Shown in pieces: positions 19,254-29,529 of a stretch of 64,000 bases of DNA. The first letter of the stretch is position 1. Each line of letters opens with the position of its first letter. A program made the translations under genes and the position numbers. Below the pieces are notes generated by a model. The model was not told the DNA's origin, did no database searches, and was given only the letters and a program-made list of their open reading frames with translations. This DNA comes from Acidobacteriota bacterium (GTDB lineage Bacteria > Acidobacteriota > UBA890 > WLXD01): NCBI GenBank assembly GCA_965248695.1, contig CBDFKD010000002.1, positions 5,088,001 through 5,152,000 of the forward strand, written 5' to 3'.

Positions 19254-20492
19254 ATGTCACTGAAGCTGTTCCGCGAAGCCCTGGCAGGTCGCGAGCGATT
19301 GCCGCGCATGTGGCGTCAGCACGCCCTCAAGGATAGCTACGACGCGGTCATCATCGGCGGTGGCGCCCACGGCCTCGCCTGCGCCTATTACCTCGCCAAG
19401 GACCACGGCCTGACCGACGTTGCGGTAGTGGAGAAGACCTATATCGGCTCGGGGGGCAGCGGCCGCAATACGGCCATAGTTCGCAGCAACTATCTGACCC
19501 CGGAAGGGGTGCGCTTCTACGATGCCAGCCTCAAGCTCTACGAGGGTCTGGCCCGAGACCTCGATTTCAACGTCATGCTGGGCCAGCGCGGCCATCTCAC
19601 GCTGGCGCACAGCGACTCGTCGGTGATCACCATGCGTCGCCGCGCCGAGACCAACAAACTCGTCGGGGTCGACTCGCGGCTGATCTTCCCCGGCGAGATT
19701 GCCAAGCTGTGCCCCGAGCTGGACCTGAGCGATCGGCCGCGGTACCCGATACTGGCTGCGCTCTATCACCCACCCGGCGGCATTATCCGGCACGATGCCG
19801 TGGTGTGGGGCTACGCACACCAGGCCGATGCACGGGGTGTGCACATCCACCAGAACACCGCGGCAACCGGGATCGATATCGCCGATGGCAAGGTCACAGC
19901 TGTCCAGACCACCCAGGGTCGGATCAAGACGGGTACGGTCCTCAACGCGACCGCCGGCTGGGGGGCGATCATCTCGGATATGGCGGGCGTCAAGCTGCCC
20001 ATGACGACCCGTCCGCTGCAGGCGTTCGTTACCGAGCCGTTGAAGCCGTTCCTCAACGTGGTGATCGTTTCCGGGAGCTTGCACGCCTACGTCAGCCAGT
20101 CCGACCGCGGCGAGCTGGTATGCGGCGGCAGCGTCGACCCGTACGCGTCCTATTCGATGAACTCTTCGCTCGATTTCATGGAAGGCCTGGCTGGCCATCT
20201 GCTGGCGCTGTTTCCGTGTCTGCCGAAGGTGAGTGTTCTGCGCCAGTGGGCCGGCCTATGCGACATGACGCCCGACTACAGTCCGATCATGGGCAAGACG
20301 CCGGTCGAGGGATTCCACATCGATCTCGGTTGGGGCACCTACGGGTTCAAGGCATCGCCTATCTGCGGCAAGACGCTCGCGGAGCTGCTGGCGACGGGTC
20401 GGACGCCCGACCTGATCCGGCCGTTCCGGCTATCCCGCTTTGCCGAGCACAACTTGGTCGGAGAAGGCGGCGCCGCCTCGGTCGGACACTGA
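19254..20492 (+). CDS. soxB: Heterotetrameric sarcosine oxidase / N-methylglutamate dehydrogenase beta subunit
   Basis: GGGAHG FAD motif, SGRNTAIVRSNY, RHDAVVWGYA, GWGTYGFKA. Confidence 0.9.
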   Translation: MSLKLFREALAGRERLPRMWRQHALKDSYDAVIIGGGAHGLACAYYLAKDHGLTDVAVVEKTYIGSGGSGRNTAIVRSNYLTPEGVRFYDASLKLYEGLARDLDFNVMLGQRGHLTLAHSDSSVITMRRRAETNKLVGVDSRLIFPGEIAKLCPELDLSDRPRYPILAALYHPPGGIIRHDAVVWGYAHQADARGVHIHQNTAATGIDIADGKVTAVQTTQGRIKTGTVLNATAGWGAIISDMAGVKLPMTTRPLQAFVTEPLKPFLNVVIVSGSLHAYVSQSDRGELVCGGSVDPYASYSMNSSLDFMEGLAGHLLALFPCLPKVSVLRQWAGLCDMTPDYSPIMGKTPVEGFHIDLGWGTYGFKASPICGKTLAELLATGRTPDLIRPFRLSRFAEHNLVGEGGAASVGH

Positions 20493-20514
20493 TGCGTCGG
20501 AGCTGGAGGACCCT

Positions 20515-20817
20515 GTGCTGCTGCTGACCTGCCCCAACTGCGGCCCCAGAAACGTGAGCGAGTTTCGCTTCGGCAACGAGTACAACCCGCGCCCGGCAGA
20601 CCCCGCCGCCGTAACGGAAGCCGAGTGGGTCGACTATCTCCATCTGCGCAACAACAAGGTCGGCGTGCAGAAGGAGTGGTGGCACCACGGAACCGGCTGC
20701 GGTCTGTGGCTCCTGGCGGAGCGAGACACCAAGACCGGTGTGGTGTTGCGCACCTATCTCTGGTCCGACGCCGACGCGAATACGGATACGCAGTCAGACA
20801 CCGGGGCAGAGTCGTGA
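20515..20817 (+). CDS. soxD: Sarcosine oxidase / Mgd delta subunit
   Basis: CPNCGPR..EF and W.H..GC zinc motifs, ERDT; GGAGG SD before GTG 20515. Confidence 0.9.
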   Translation: MLLLTCPNCGPRNVSEFRFGNEYNPRPADPAAVTEAEWVDYLHLRNNKVGVQKEWWHHGTGCGLWLLAERDTKTGVVLRTYLWSDADANTDTQSDTGAES

Positions 20818-23711
20818 AGCGTCTGCCCGAGGGCGGCACGTCGATCGATCGATCCTCGAGCCTGCAGTTCACCTTCGATGGCAAGAAGGTCGAAGCGCAT
20901 CCGGGCGACACCGTCGGCTCGGCGCTGGCCGCCTCGGGAGTCCGGGTTGTCAGCCGCTCGTTCAAATACCACCGTCCACGCGGCCTGCTGTGCTGTTCCG
21001 GGCATTGCCCGAACTGTCTCGTTCAGATCGGTGATGAGCCCAACGTTCGCGCCTGTATGCGGCCGGTTGAGAGTGGGCTGCAAGTCCGTTCGCAAAACGC
21101 CTGGCCGTCGCTACGATTCGACCTGCTTTCGCTGAGTCGGTTCACCTCGCGCTTCATGCCGGCCGGTTTCTATTACAAGACCTTCATCCGGCCGAAGTGG
21201 TTGTGGCCGTTCTACGAGCATGTGCTCCGCAATGCCGCCGGTCTCGGCGTTGTCGATCCCGACACACCGAGAGGCCGATACGACAAGCAGTATCGCCATG
21301 CCGATGTCGTCGTGAGCGGCGGTGGACCTGCCGGAATCAGTGCGGCACATGCCGCCGGTGCAAGCGGCGCGCGAGTGCTGTTGATCGACGACAACACCGA
21401 GCTTGGCGGGCATCTCAGGTTTGCCGGGGTATCGTCGGACCCCGACGGCGAGGTGGAGCGGCGTCGCACCGAGCTCGATGGCATGGACAACGTCGAAGTG
21501 CTGACAGACACGTCCGTGCTCGGCTGGTACCGCAGCGACTGGCTGGCCGCCAAGACCGGGAACCGGCTGCTCAAGATTCGCCTGCGTTCGCTGGTGGCGG
21601 CGACGGGCGCTTTCGAGCGTCCGCTCCAGTTCGACAACAACGACTTGCCCGGAGTGATGCTCGGCGGCGCCGTGCGCCGCCTACTCCACCAGTTCGGCGT
21701 CGTCGCCGGCCGGCGTGCCGTGGTGGTCGCGGCGAATGACGACGGTTGGGACGTTGCCGCCGATTTGCGCGCTGCAGGGGTGGAGATTGCTGCCATCGTC
21801 GAAGAGCGCGCCGCAGGGATCTGTGCCAGTCGGAATGCCGACTCCCTGATCGCGGCTGGGGTGCCCGTTCACCATCAGCACACGGTGGTCAAAGCTACCG
21901 GGTCAAACTGCGTCAGTTCGACCACCATCGCCCAGGTAGGCGACGGCGACGCAGTGAACGGAGATTCCTACAAGACGATCAACTGTGACCTGCTGGTCAT
22001 CAGCGCCGGCTGGACACCGGACACCGACCTGACTCATCTGGCAGGCGGCAAGACACGCTACGATGCGGATCGTGCCGAGATGTTGCCGACCGAGCTGCCG
22101 ACCCATCTTCAGGTCGTCGGCCGTGCCGCCGGTACCCACGATCTGCACACGCAGCTCCTGGAAGGGGAGCTTGCCGGCCAAGCGGCGGCCCACGAGCTAG
22201 GGTTCGGCTCGCCACCGGATAGCGCCGGACTGGCGGAGCTGCACCGACTCAAGAACACCGAGCCGCAGCGTAGCTCGGCTCGCGTGACGATTCCTGGAGG
22301 CGCCACCAAGAAGCGGTTCGTATGTCTGTGCGAGGACGTTACCGAGGAGGACATCCTCGCGACGATCGCCGAAGGCTACGACAGCATGCAGCTGCTCAAG
22401 CGCTACAGCACCGTATCGATGGGACCGTGTCAGGGAAAGATGTGCTCGATGGCGGCGATTCAGATCTGCGCCCGCGAGACCGGTCGTTCGATTCCGGAAA
22501 CCGGCACGACAACCTCGAGGCCGCCGGCAACGCCTGTTTCGTTGGGGGCCCTGGCGGGACAGGAGATGGACCCCGTTCAGCTCGGCGCGCTGCACGACTG
22601 GCACCTGGCCAACGGCGGCAAGTCGATGGTCGCGGGGCAGTGGATTCGCGCCGAGCACTACGGGGACGCGGTTGCGGAAGTGAGGGCGGTGCGCGAGGCC
22701 GTGGGCCTGATCGATGTCAGCTCGCTCGGGAAGCTTCGTTTGACCGGTCCGGGCGTTCCGGATCTGTTGCAGCGCGTCTACATCAACAAGTGGCGAAAGC
22801 TCGGCGTCGGCCAGTCGCGCTACGGTGTGATGTGCAACGACGAGGGCATCGTTCTGGACGATGGCGTGTGCGCCCGCGTGGGAGAGCAGGAGTGGTACAT
22901 GAGCACGACGTCCTCCGGCGCCACCGGCATGTACGACTGGATGCAGTGGTGGATTCAGTCGGGCTGGGGGGAGGGGATCCACCTGACCAACGTCACCGAG
23001 GCCTACGCGGCGATGAACCTGGCAGGTCCGCGTACGCGCGACGTCCTGTCTGCGCTCACTGACATCGACCTGAGCGATGCTGCGTTCCCCTACATGGCGG
23101 TACGCAGCGGCGATGTCGCCGGTGTCCCGTGTCGCCTCCTGCGCATCGGTTTCACCGGCGAACTGTCGTACGAGATTCACTGCCCTTCGGGCCACGCCCT
23201 GCATCTGTGGGAGGCTTTGATTGACGCCGGCCAGCCCCACGGTCTGAAGCCGTTCGGGGTCGAAGCACAGCGCGTTCTCCGACTAGAAAAGGGCCATATC
23301 ATCGTCGGCCACGATACCGACGGTCTGACCGACCCGATCATGGCGAACATGGAATGGGCCGTGAAGCTGGATAAGTCGGACTTCCTCGGCATGCGCCATC
23401 TGAGCCGGGTCGCCAAGCACGGGCCGCGGGAGCGCCTGGTGGGCTTCAAGGTTCCGCCCGGTGGCACCAAGCCTGAGGAAGGAATGCAGATCGTGGCGGC
23501 GAGCAACGGCCAGCCGCAGGTGATCGGCTGGGTTACGTCCTGTCGCCTTAGCCCGACGCTCGGTGAGGTCATCGGCCTGTGCTGGCTGCCCGCCGAGCTG
23601 GGGGATCGCAACGGCGCCGAATTCACCATCCACATCGATGGACGATCGCAGGTGGCCAGTGTTTGGCACGGCGCCTTCTACGACCCCGAGGGCAAGAGGT
23701 TGCGACCGTGA
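20814..23711 (+). CDS. soxA: Sarcosine oxidase / Mgd alpha subunit
   Basis: SRSFKYHRPRG, GFYYKTF, CLCEDVT..GPCQGKMC, C-terminal GcvT domain (RIGFTGELSYE); GTGA overlap with soxD. Confidence 0.92.
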   Translation: MKRLPEGGTSIDRSSSLQFTFDGKKVEAHPGDTVGSALAASGVRVVSRSFKYHRPRGLLCCSGHCPNCLVQIGDEPNVRACMRPVESGLQVRSQNAWPSLRFDLLSLSRFTSRFMPAGFYYKTFIRPKWLWPFYEHVLRNAAGLGVVDPDTPRGRYDKQYRHADVVVSGGGPAGISAAHAAGASGARVLLIDDNTELGGHLRFAGVSSDPDGEVERRRTELDGMDNVEVLTDTSVLGWYRSDWLAAKTGNRLLKIRLRSLVAATGAFERPLQFDNNDLPGVMLGGAVRRLLHQFGVVAGRRAVVVAANDDGWDVAADLRAAGVEIAAIVEERAAGICASRNADSLIAAGVPVHHQHTVVKATGSNCVSSTTIAQVGDGDAVNGDSYKTINCDLLVISAGWTPDTDLTHLAGGKTRYDADRAEMLPTELPTHLQVVGRAAGTHDLHTQLLEGELAGQAAAHELGFGSPPDSAGLAELHRLKNTEPQRSSARVTIPGGATKKRFVCLCEDVTEEDILATIAEGYDSMQLLKRYSTVSMGPCQGKMCSMAAIQICARETGRSIPETGTTTSRPPATPVSLGALAGQEMDPVQLGALHDWHLANGGKSMVAGQWIRAEHYGDAVAEVRAVREAVGLIDVSSLGKLRLTGPGVPDLLQRVYINKWRKLGVGQSRYGVMCNDEGIVLDDGVCARVGEQEWYMSTTSSGATGMYDWMQWWIQSGWGEGIHLTNVTEAYAAMNLAGPRTRDVLSALTDIDLSDAAFPYMAVRSGDVAGVPCRLLRIGFTGELSYEIHCPSGHALHLWEALIDAGQPHGLKPFGVEAQRVLRLEKGHIIVGHDTDGLTDPIMANMEWAVKLDKSDFLGMRHLSRVAKHGPRERLVGFKVPPGGTKPEEGMQIVAASNGQPQVIGWVTSCRLSPTLGEVIGLCWLPAELGDRNGAEFTIHIDGRSQVASVWHGAFYDPEGKRLRP

Positions 23712-24415
23712 GCGCCGCCCGTCCGCGGCTACTGACACCTCTATATGGCGTTGCCGTGCGTCTCGGGGCACAGTTCGCCGATGGCGGGGCTGGCTGGCAG
23801 ATTCCCGCGAGCTACGGCGATTCGGCGGCCGAGGCCTCCGCAGTGCGAGACCGACTCGGGATCGCCGACGTCTCGGCGGATGGCAACCTGCGAATCGAGG
23901 GGGCCGCTGCCGAGGCGGTGCTGGGAACAGCATATGGACTGCGGGTGCCGGAAATCGGCGAGAGCGCCGCGCTCGGCGAGGGGCGCTGCTATCGCGTACG
24001 CACGGACCTGTTCGTGGTCACGACCCCGCCGGGCGCCGAAGGGGCGGTGGACGATGCGATCGGCTCAGCCGCGCAGGCGGCGGATCAACGGGTCACGGTG
24101 ACCGTGATGACCCATGGACAGGCCAACATCCGTATAATCGGTGCGCGCGTGACCGAGTTGATGAGCAAGCTGTGCGGCCTGGACTTCGGCCCCGCAGCAT
24201 TCCCGAACGGAGCGGTCAGGCGGACGAGCTTTGCCAAGACGGGGCAGCTGATCATTCGTCGCGACCTGGACCGACTCCCCGCCTTTCTGGTGATCGGGGC
24301 TCGGTCAGCTGCACCCTACGTTTGGGAGACGATCATGGAGGCCGGCGAGGAATATGGCATCACGCCAATCGGGCGGGATGCGCTGGCCGCCATCGCTTCA
24401 GACAGCATCGCTTAA
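23708..24415 (+). CDS. soxG: Sarcosine oxidase / Mgd gamma subunit (GcvT-like)
   Basis: LCGLDF..AFP, RSAAPYVW motifs; GTGA overlap with soxA. Confidence 0.8.
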   Translation: MSAARPRLLTPLYGVAVRLGAQFADGGAGWQIPASYGDSAAEASAVRDRLGIADVSADGNLRIEGAAAEAVLGTAYGLRVPEIGESAALGEGRCYRVRTDLFVVTTPPGAEGAVDDAIGSAAQAADQRVTVTVMTHGQANIRIIGARVTELMSKLCGLDFGPAAFPNGAVRRTSFAKTGQLIIRRDLDRLPAFLVIGARSAAPYVWETIMEAGEEYGITPIGRDALAAIASDSIA

Positions 24416-24435
24416 GACAGTACTGAGAGGGGAAC

Positions 24436-25899
24436 ATGACTGATCTTGAAACTTATGTTCGTGCCGACGGCCGCGACGAGTTGGTCAGGGAAGTTCGCAA
24501 GCAGATCGACGCGCTGGGGATCGAGTACATCTACTACCAGTTCGTATCCGTAACCGGGCGCATCGTCGGCAAGGGCGCCCCCGCGGATCACTGGGAGAAG
24601 TTCGCCGAGGATGGCTTCCAGCTGGTCTATGGCTCGACCGCGAACCTGTTCACCGATCGGCACGGCAACTACATTGGCTACGGGCCCGAATCGTCCGAGC
24701 TGGTTGGCATCCCAGATCCGGAGACCTTCGTGCAGTTGCCCTGGGAGAAGCGTATAGCGCGCGTCTTCTGTACTTGCTTCCGCAACCGCGAGGAACCAGA
24801 GAACGCCGGGGCCTTCCTGAGCTCGGACTGCCGCGGCAACGTGCGGCGTATCCACCGGCAATTCACCGCCGACCATGGGCTCGAGATGCGCGTGGGTACC
24901 GAGCCCGAGATGATGTGGTTGAAGAAGGGCGCCGACGGGCAGCCCGATGGCGGCGTCACTCGACCATTCTGCTACCACATCGATCAGTTCGAGACCCTAC
25001 GTCCGATCGTCCTGAAGGTGGTGGAATACAGCCGCGCGATGGGACTGGATATTATCCAGGGCGACCACGAAGACGCCCCTGGCCAGCTCGAGCTCAACTT
25101 CACCTACGACGATGCGCTCCGTACTTGTGATCGACTGACCACCTATCGGCAGATCTGCGCCGAGGTGGCCAAGCAGAACAACATGATCGCCTGCTTCATG
25201 TCGAAGCCGTTCATGGGCGTCTCGGCATCAGGTTGCCACCACAACGTCTCCCTGTGGCGCGGTGGCGAGAACACGGTCAAGGCGCTTGGACACGATCCGT
25301 TGCCCGGCATGGAGGACAGCTTCGTCCATCGTAAGGGCGGCGAGAACGTCTTCTTGCCCGATGCGGGGCAGCGTGTTCCATCCGAGCTCGGACTGCAGTG
25401 CCTGGGCGGACTCAAGGAGCATTTGCCAGCGTTGACGGCGATCGGCTGCTCGACAGTGAACTCGTACCGCCGCCTCTGTGAGACTGGCTTCTGGGCACCG
25501 ATCTTTGCCGACTGGGGATTCCAGAACCGTACCTGTGGCTTGCGGGTCTCGTCGCCCGATCGGTTCGAGTATCGCGCCGTCGACTCCATGGTGAATCCGT
25601 ACTTGATGGCGGCCGGAATCCTGAAGGCGTTCGACGACGGTATTCGGACCAAGGCAGACCCCGGTCCGCCGGAGGAGCGCAACATCTACGACGCCATCGA
25701 AGAAGGCAAGGAGGTGGTGAAGCTGCCCTTGTCGCTCGGTGCCGCCCTGGATACGCTTGCCGCGGACGAGGTCGTCAAGTCGGCGATGCCCGACGAGATG
25801 TACCGGGTCTTCATGCACTACAAGACCGATGAGTGGGAGCGTTTCCTCGCTCAAACCACTGAATGGGACCTCGAAAACTACTTGGACTGCTTGCCATAG
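24436..25899 (+). CDS. Glutamine synthetase-family ligase (putative gamma-glutamyl-amine synthetase)
   Basis: GTEPE, DHEDAPGQLE, FMSKPF..SASGCHHN, NSYRRL, NRT, FEYR motifs; directly upstream of mgs-like genes. Confidence 0.88.
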   Translation: MTDLETYVRADGRDELVREVRKQIDALGIEYIYYQFVSVTGRIVGKGAPADHWEKFAEDGFQLVYGSTANLFTDRHGNYIGYGPESSELVGIPDPETFVQLPWEKRIARVFCTCFRNREEPENAGAFLSSDCRGNVRRIHRQFTADHGLEMRVGTEPEMMWLKKGADGQPDGGVTRPFCYHIDQFETLRPIVLKVVEYSRAMGLDIIQGDHEDAPGQLELNFTYDDALRTCDRLTTYRQICAEVAKQNNMIACFMSKPFMGVSASGCHHNVSLWRGGENTVKALGHDPLPGMEDSFVHRKGGENVFLPDAGQRVPSELGLQCLGGLKEHLPALTAIGCSTVNSYRRLCETGFWAPIFADWGFQNRTCGLRVSSPDRFEYRAVDSMVNPYLMAAGILKAFDDGIRTKADPGPPEERNIYDAIEEGKEVVKLPLSLGAALDTLAADEVVKSAMPDEMYRVFMHYKTDEWERFLAQTTEWDLENYLDCLP

Positions 25900-25921
25900 C
25901 TGTTGGCGGAGATAGCTAACG

Positions 25922-26869
25922 ATGTGTGGAATCGCCGGGATCATTCACCGCAACAAGACGGGCAACGTCGGCGCCGAGATGACCGGCATGCTCCAGGCCA
26001 TGAAGCATCGTGGTCCGGACTCGACCGGGTTCGCGTTTTACGGTGTTCCGAACGAAGACGAGTTGCTGCTGCGCTTCAAGGTAGCGGAGCATGAGGATCT
26101 TGAGACGGGTTTCGAGATCCACGATGCGATCAAGCGACGCCGCGCCGAGGTGGACGAGCGCATCGAATCGATGGGCGGCGATATTCAGGTGGCCGAGGCG
26201 CCGACCGAGTATGCCTTCCTCTACCGCCTCCGTTTTGATCCCAAGCTCGAGAGCCTGGCGCGTCTGGCCGACTATATCGAGGACGTCGACGGTGCCGAGG
26301 TGCTGTCGATTGGCAACGCGCTGGAGGTCGTCAAGGATCTGGGCGACGCCACCGAGGTGAGCAACCAATACGAGATGGGCAAGTTCGTTGGCACGCACGC
26401 CATCGGCCACACGCGCATGGCCACCGAGTCCGACGTCGATATCTGCTCGGCGCATCCGTACTGGGCCTACCCGGTCAGCGATGTCTCGGTGGTGCACAAC
26501 GGCCAGCTGACCAACTACTGGAGCAAGCGGCGCGAGCTGGAGCGCAGCGGCCACCGATTTCTCTCCGACTGTGATTCAGAGCTCATTGCCGTGTATGTCG
26601 CCGAGCTGACCGAGCGTGGGAAGTCGCTAGAGGAAGCGATGCGTCAGTCGGTGGACGAGCTCGACGGCGTATTCAGCTATCTGGTTGCCACCTCGGACGG
26701 GCTCGGTCTGGCCAAGGACACCATGGCCGCCAAGCCCATGGTGCTGTACGAAGGCGACGACTGCATCGTCATGGCCTCGGAGGAAGTGGCGATCCGGACC
26801 GTGTTCCAGGAGGAGATCGACACCTTTGATCCGTACGCCGGGGATGTACGTGTCTGGAGCACCAACTGA
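25922..26869 (+). CDS. mgsA: Class II glutamine amidotransferase, N-methylglutamate synthase subunit A-like (GlxB)
   Basis: MCGIAG Ntn Cys, HRGPDS, GHTRMATES, HNGQLTN, DSE. Confidence 0.78.
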   Translation: MCGIAGIIHRNKTGNVGAEMTGMLQAMKHRGPDSTGFAFYGVPNEDELLLRFKVAEHEDLETGFEIHDAIKRRRAEVDERIESMGGDIQVAEAPTEYAFLYRLRFDPKLESLARLADYIEDVDGAEVLSIGNALEVVKDLGDATEVSNQYEMGKFVGTHAIGHTRMATESDVDICSAHPYWAYPVSDVSVVHNGQLTNYWSKRRELERSGHRFLSDCDSELIAVYVAELTERGKSLEEAMRQSVDELDGVFSYLVATSDGLGLAKDTMAAKPMVLYEGDDCIVMASEEVAIRTVFQEEIDTFDPYAGDVRVWSTN

Positions 26870-27681
26870 TGACTGATGTCCACGCGGAGCCACTGAAGGG
26901 CCGTTCCTACAAGACCATGTTCCGGGCCGAGGAAGGAGAAAACCTCGTCTATCCGGACAGCGTCGAGGTCGACTTCGATAGCCGTGCTGAATTCGATGCT
27001 GCCGAGATGGACACCAGCTCGATCAACAAGCGCATCCGTGAGCTCATGGGCGAGGGCCACGGTCACATCGTGGTCCTCAATCCGGGCGCCAAGCATTCCC
27101 TCGGCGTGGGTATCCTCAATCGGCTGCAGCTGGATTTCGATGGATCACTGGGCTACTTCGGGATCGGACTCAACGATGGTCCGAACGTACGCATCCGGGG
27201 ACGAGTCGGCTGGTCATGTGGAGAGAACATGATGGCCGGTACCATCGTCATCGAAAAGAACGCCGGCTCGTGTTTCGGCGCCGCGATCCGCGGCGGCGAT
27301 CTCGTCTGCAGGGGAGACGTCGGAGCGCGAACCGGGATCAACCAGAAGGGTGGAACCATCATCGTAGGTGGCCGAACCGGAATGCTCTCGGGGTTCATGA
27401 TGCAGCGCGGCCGCATGATCTTTCTCGGCGACGCTGGCGAGAGCCTCGGTGACTCGATGTATGACGGCACCATCTTCGTCGGCGGCGAGATCGCGTCGTT
27501 GGGAATCGATGCGGTACCCGGAGAGATGACCGATGTCGAGGCGCATTGGTTGCAGCGCAAGCTCGATCTCTACGGCCTCAAAGCACCCAACGGCGTCGAG
27601 AAGCTGCAGAAGATCGTTGCCGGCAAACAGCTTTGGAACTACGACAACCTCGAACCTACTGAAAAGAAGATCGTCCTGTGA
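26869..27681 (+). CDS. mgsB: GXGXG beta-helix protein, NMG synthase subunit B-like (GlxC)
   Basis: ENMMAG, GARTGI..KGG, GFMMQRG, LGDSMYDG. Confidence 0.78.
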   Translation: MTDVHAEPLKGRSYKTMFRAEEGENLVYPDSVEVDFDSRAEFDAAEMDTSSINKRIRELMGEGHGHIVVLNPGAKHSLGVGILNRLQLDFDGSLGYFGIGLNDGPNVRIRGRVGWSCGENMMAGTIVIEKNAGSCFGAAIRGGDLVCRGDVGARTGINQKGGTIIVGGRTGMLSGFMMQRGRMIFLGDAGESLGDSMYDGTIFVGGEIASLGIDAVPGEMTDVEAHWLQRKLDLYGLKAPNGVEKLQKIVAGKQLWNYDNLEPTEKKIVL

Positions 27682-29021
27682 CTGATAACGGCAAGCGCAA
27701 CAAGGACGTCCTGGGTGAGAACTTTCTGTTCAAGCCCAGCGTTATCGACGACATCCACATCAAAGCGGATCTCGGCCGCTACCGCATGCGCGGCATGGCG
27801 CTGTTCAAGACCATCCCTACCTGGGATGACCTGACGTTCCTGCCCGGCACGCTGACGCGCTTCGTGATCGAAGGCTATCGCGAGAAGTGTCTGACGAAGA
27901 CGGTTCTCGGCCCGAAGGCCAAGCGCCCGCTGGAGCTCGATATCCCGATCTACATCACCGGCATGAGCTTCGGGGCGCTTTCGTACGAGGCCAAGGTAGC
28001 GCTGGCACGCGGTGCGACGATGGCTGGAACCGCCACTTGCTCGGGGGAGGGCGGCATGCTGCCGGACGAGCGCCGTTACTCGTCGAAGTGGCTCTACCAG
28101 TGCATCCAGTCGCGCTACGGGTTCAACCCGCATCATCTTCGACTCGCTGACGGCTGCGAGTTCTTCATCGGACAGGGCTGCAAGGTGGGGCTTGGCGGGC
28201 ACCTCATGGGGCAGAAGGTCACCGATCAGGTGGCCGAGATGCGCAATCTGCCGGCCGGAATCGACCAGCGCTCACCGGCGAGACATCCGGACTGGCTGGG
28301 ACCGGACGATCTGGCTCTGAAGATCGACGAGATCCGCGAGGCGACCAACGGGGAGATCCCCATCCAGCTCAAGCTCGGATCGGCGCGTGTCTACGACGAT
28401 GTTCGCATGGCCGCCAAGACGGGTCCGGATAGCATCTACCTCGACGGTATGGAGGGCTCGACGGGAGCCGGTCCGCATCTCGCCACCGAAGAGACGGGAG
28501 TGCCGGGAATCGCTGCCATCCGGCAGGCGCGCCACGCGCTCGATGACGTGGGCAAGACCGGGGAGATATCGCTCGTCTACGCCGGCGGTATCCGCAACGG
28601 CGCCGACGTCGCCAAGGCCCTGGCGCTGGGTGCCGACGCCATCGCGATTGGCACAGCCGCTATGGTGGCGCTCAACTGCAACCGCGACATTCCAGAGGCC
28701 GACTTTGAGGGAACCATCGGCGTGCCGGCGGGTTACTGCTATCACTGCCACACCGGTCTGTGCCCGGTCGGTGTCGCCACTCAGGATCCGGAGCTGCGCA
28801 AGCGGCTGGATCCCGACGAGGCGGCGATCCGTGTCTACAACTTCCTGCATACGCTGGCCATCGAGTGCCAGATGATGGCGCGCGCCTGCGGCAAGACGAA
28901 CGTGCACTCGCTGGAGCCCGAAGACCTGGCGGCGTTGACCTCCGAGGCGTCGGCCATGGCCGAGGTGCCGCTCGCCGGCACCCGATACACCGTCGGCCAT
29001 CCGGAAATGACCCGGTTCTGA
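27678..29021 (+). CDS. mgsC: FMN-binding glutamate synthase-family protein, NMG synthase subunit C-like (GlxD)
   Basis: GMSFGALS, RSPARHPDWLGPDDL, GGIRNGADVAKALALGAD, CYHCHTGLCPVGVATQDP. Confidence 0.85.
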   Translation: MTDNGKRNKDVLGENFLFKPSVIDDIHIKADLGRYRMRGMALFKTIPTWDDLTFLPGTLTRFVIEGYREKCLTKTVLGPKAKRPLELDIPIYITGMSFGALSYEAKVALARGATMAGTATCSGEGGMLPDERRYSSKWLYQCIQSRYGFNPHHLRLADGCEFFIGQGCKVGLGGHLMGQKVTDQVAEMRNLPAGIDQRSPARHPDWLGPDDLALKIDEIREATNGEIPIQLKLGSARVYDDVRMAAKTGPDSIYLDGMEGSTGAGPHLATEETGVPGIAAIRQARHALDDVGKTGEISLVYAGGIRNGADVAKALALGADAIAIGTAAMVALNCNRDIPEADFEGTIGVPAGYCYHCHTGLCPVGVATQDPELRKRLDPDEAAIRVYNFLHTLAIECQMMARACGKTNVHSLEPEDLAALTSEASAMAEVPLAGTRYTVGHPEMTRF

Positions 29022-29059
29022 CAGACCCGATCCTGAGCGACCTGATTCCGAGAGACGCT

Positions 29060-29470
29060 GTGAACGACGAAGCCTCGAAGCCAGACGAAGAGCAGGACGT
29101 CGACTACTACCTCAAGTCGAGCGGGCTGGATACCGACCGCGAGGTCGAGATCGGCCAGCACATCGGCTACCGGTACGACGTCAACCTCGTTCCCGACTAC
29201 TCGCTGCTCACTCCGTTGCTGAAGAAGTACATCGAGCTGATGGGCTGGGACGATCTCAACTGGATGGAGGACGTCCATATGGGCTACGAGGAAGGCCGTT
29301 CGGCGGTCTTCGATCGCAACATCAACGGTTGGGTTGTCGTGCCAGACGACATGGAACTGCCTGACTCGCAACAAGAGCGAGATATGGTAGCGCGCGAGTT
29401 ACTGTTGAAGTTCCAGATGTCGCCGCAGCATCCGCTCTACGACCTGGGCGAGAGACACAAGAAGTTCTGA
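29060..29470 (+). CDS. Uncharacterised acidic 136-aa protein
   Basis: Host-like codon usage; fills the gap between mgsC and the ACAD-fold gene; no family recognised; start GTG 29060 is tentative. Confidence 0.75.
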   Translation: MNDEASKPDEEQDVDYYLKSSGLDTDREVEIGQHIGYRYDVNLVPDYSLLTPLLKKYIELMGWDDLNWMEDVHMGYEEGRSAVFDRNINGWVVVPDDMELPDSQQERDMVARELLLKFQMSPQHPLYDLGERHKKF

Positions 29471-29529
29471 CGTCCAGGGTGGTCGCGCGGCGGCCAGCAT
29501 CGGTCGACGTTAACGAATGCGAGGCTGAC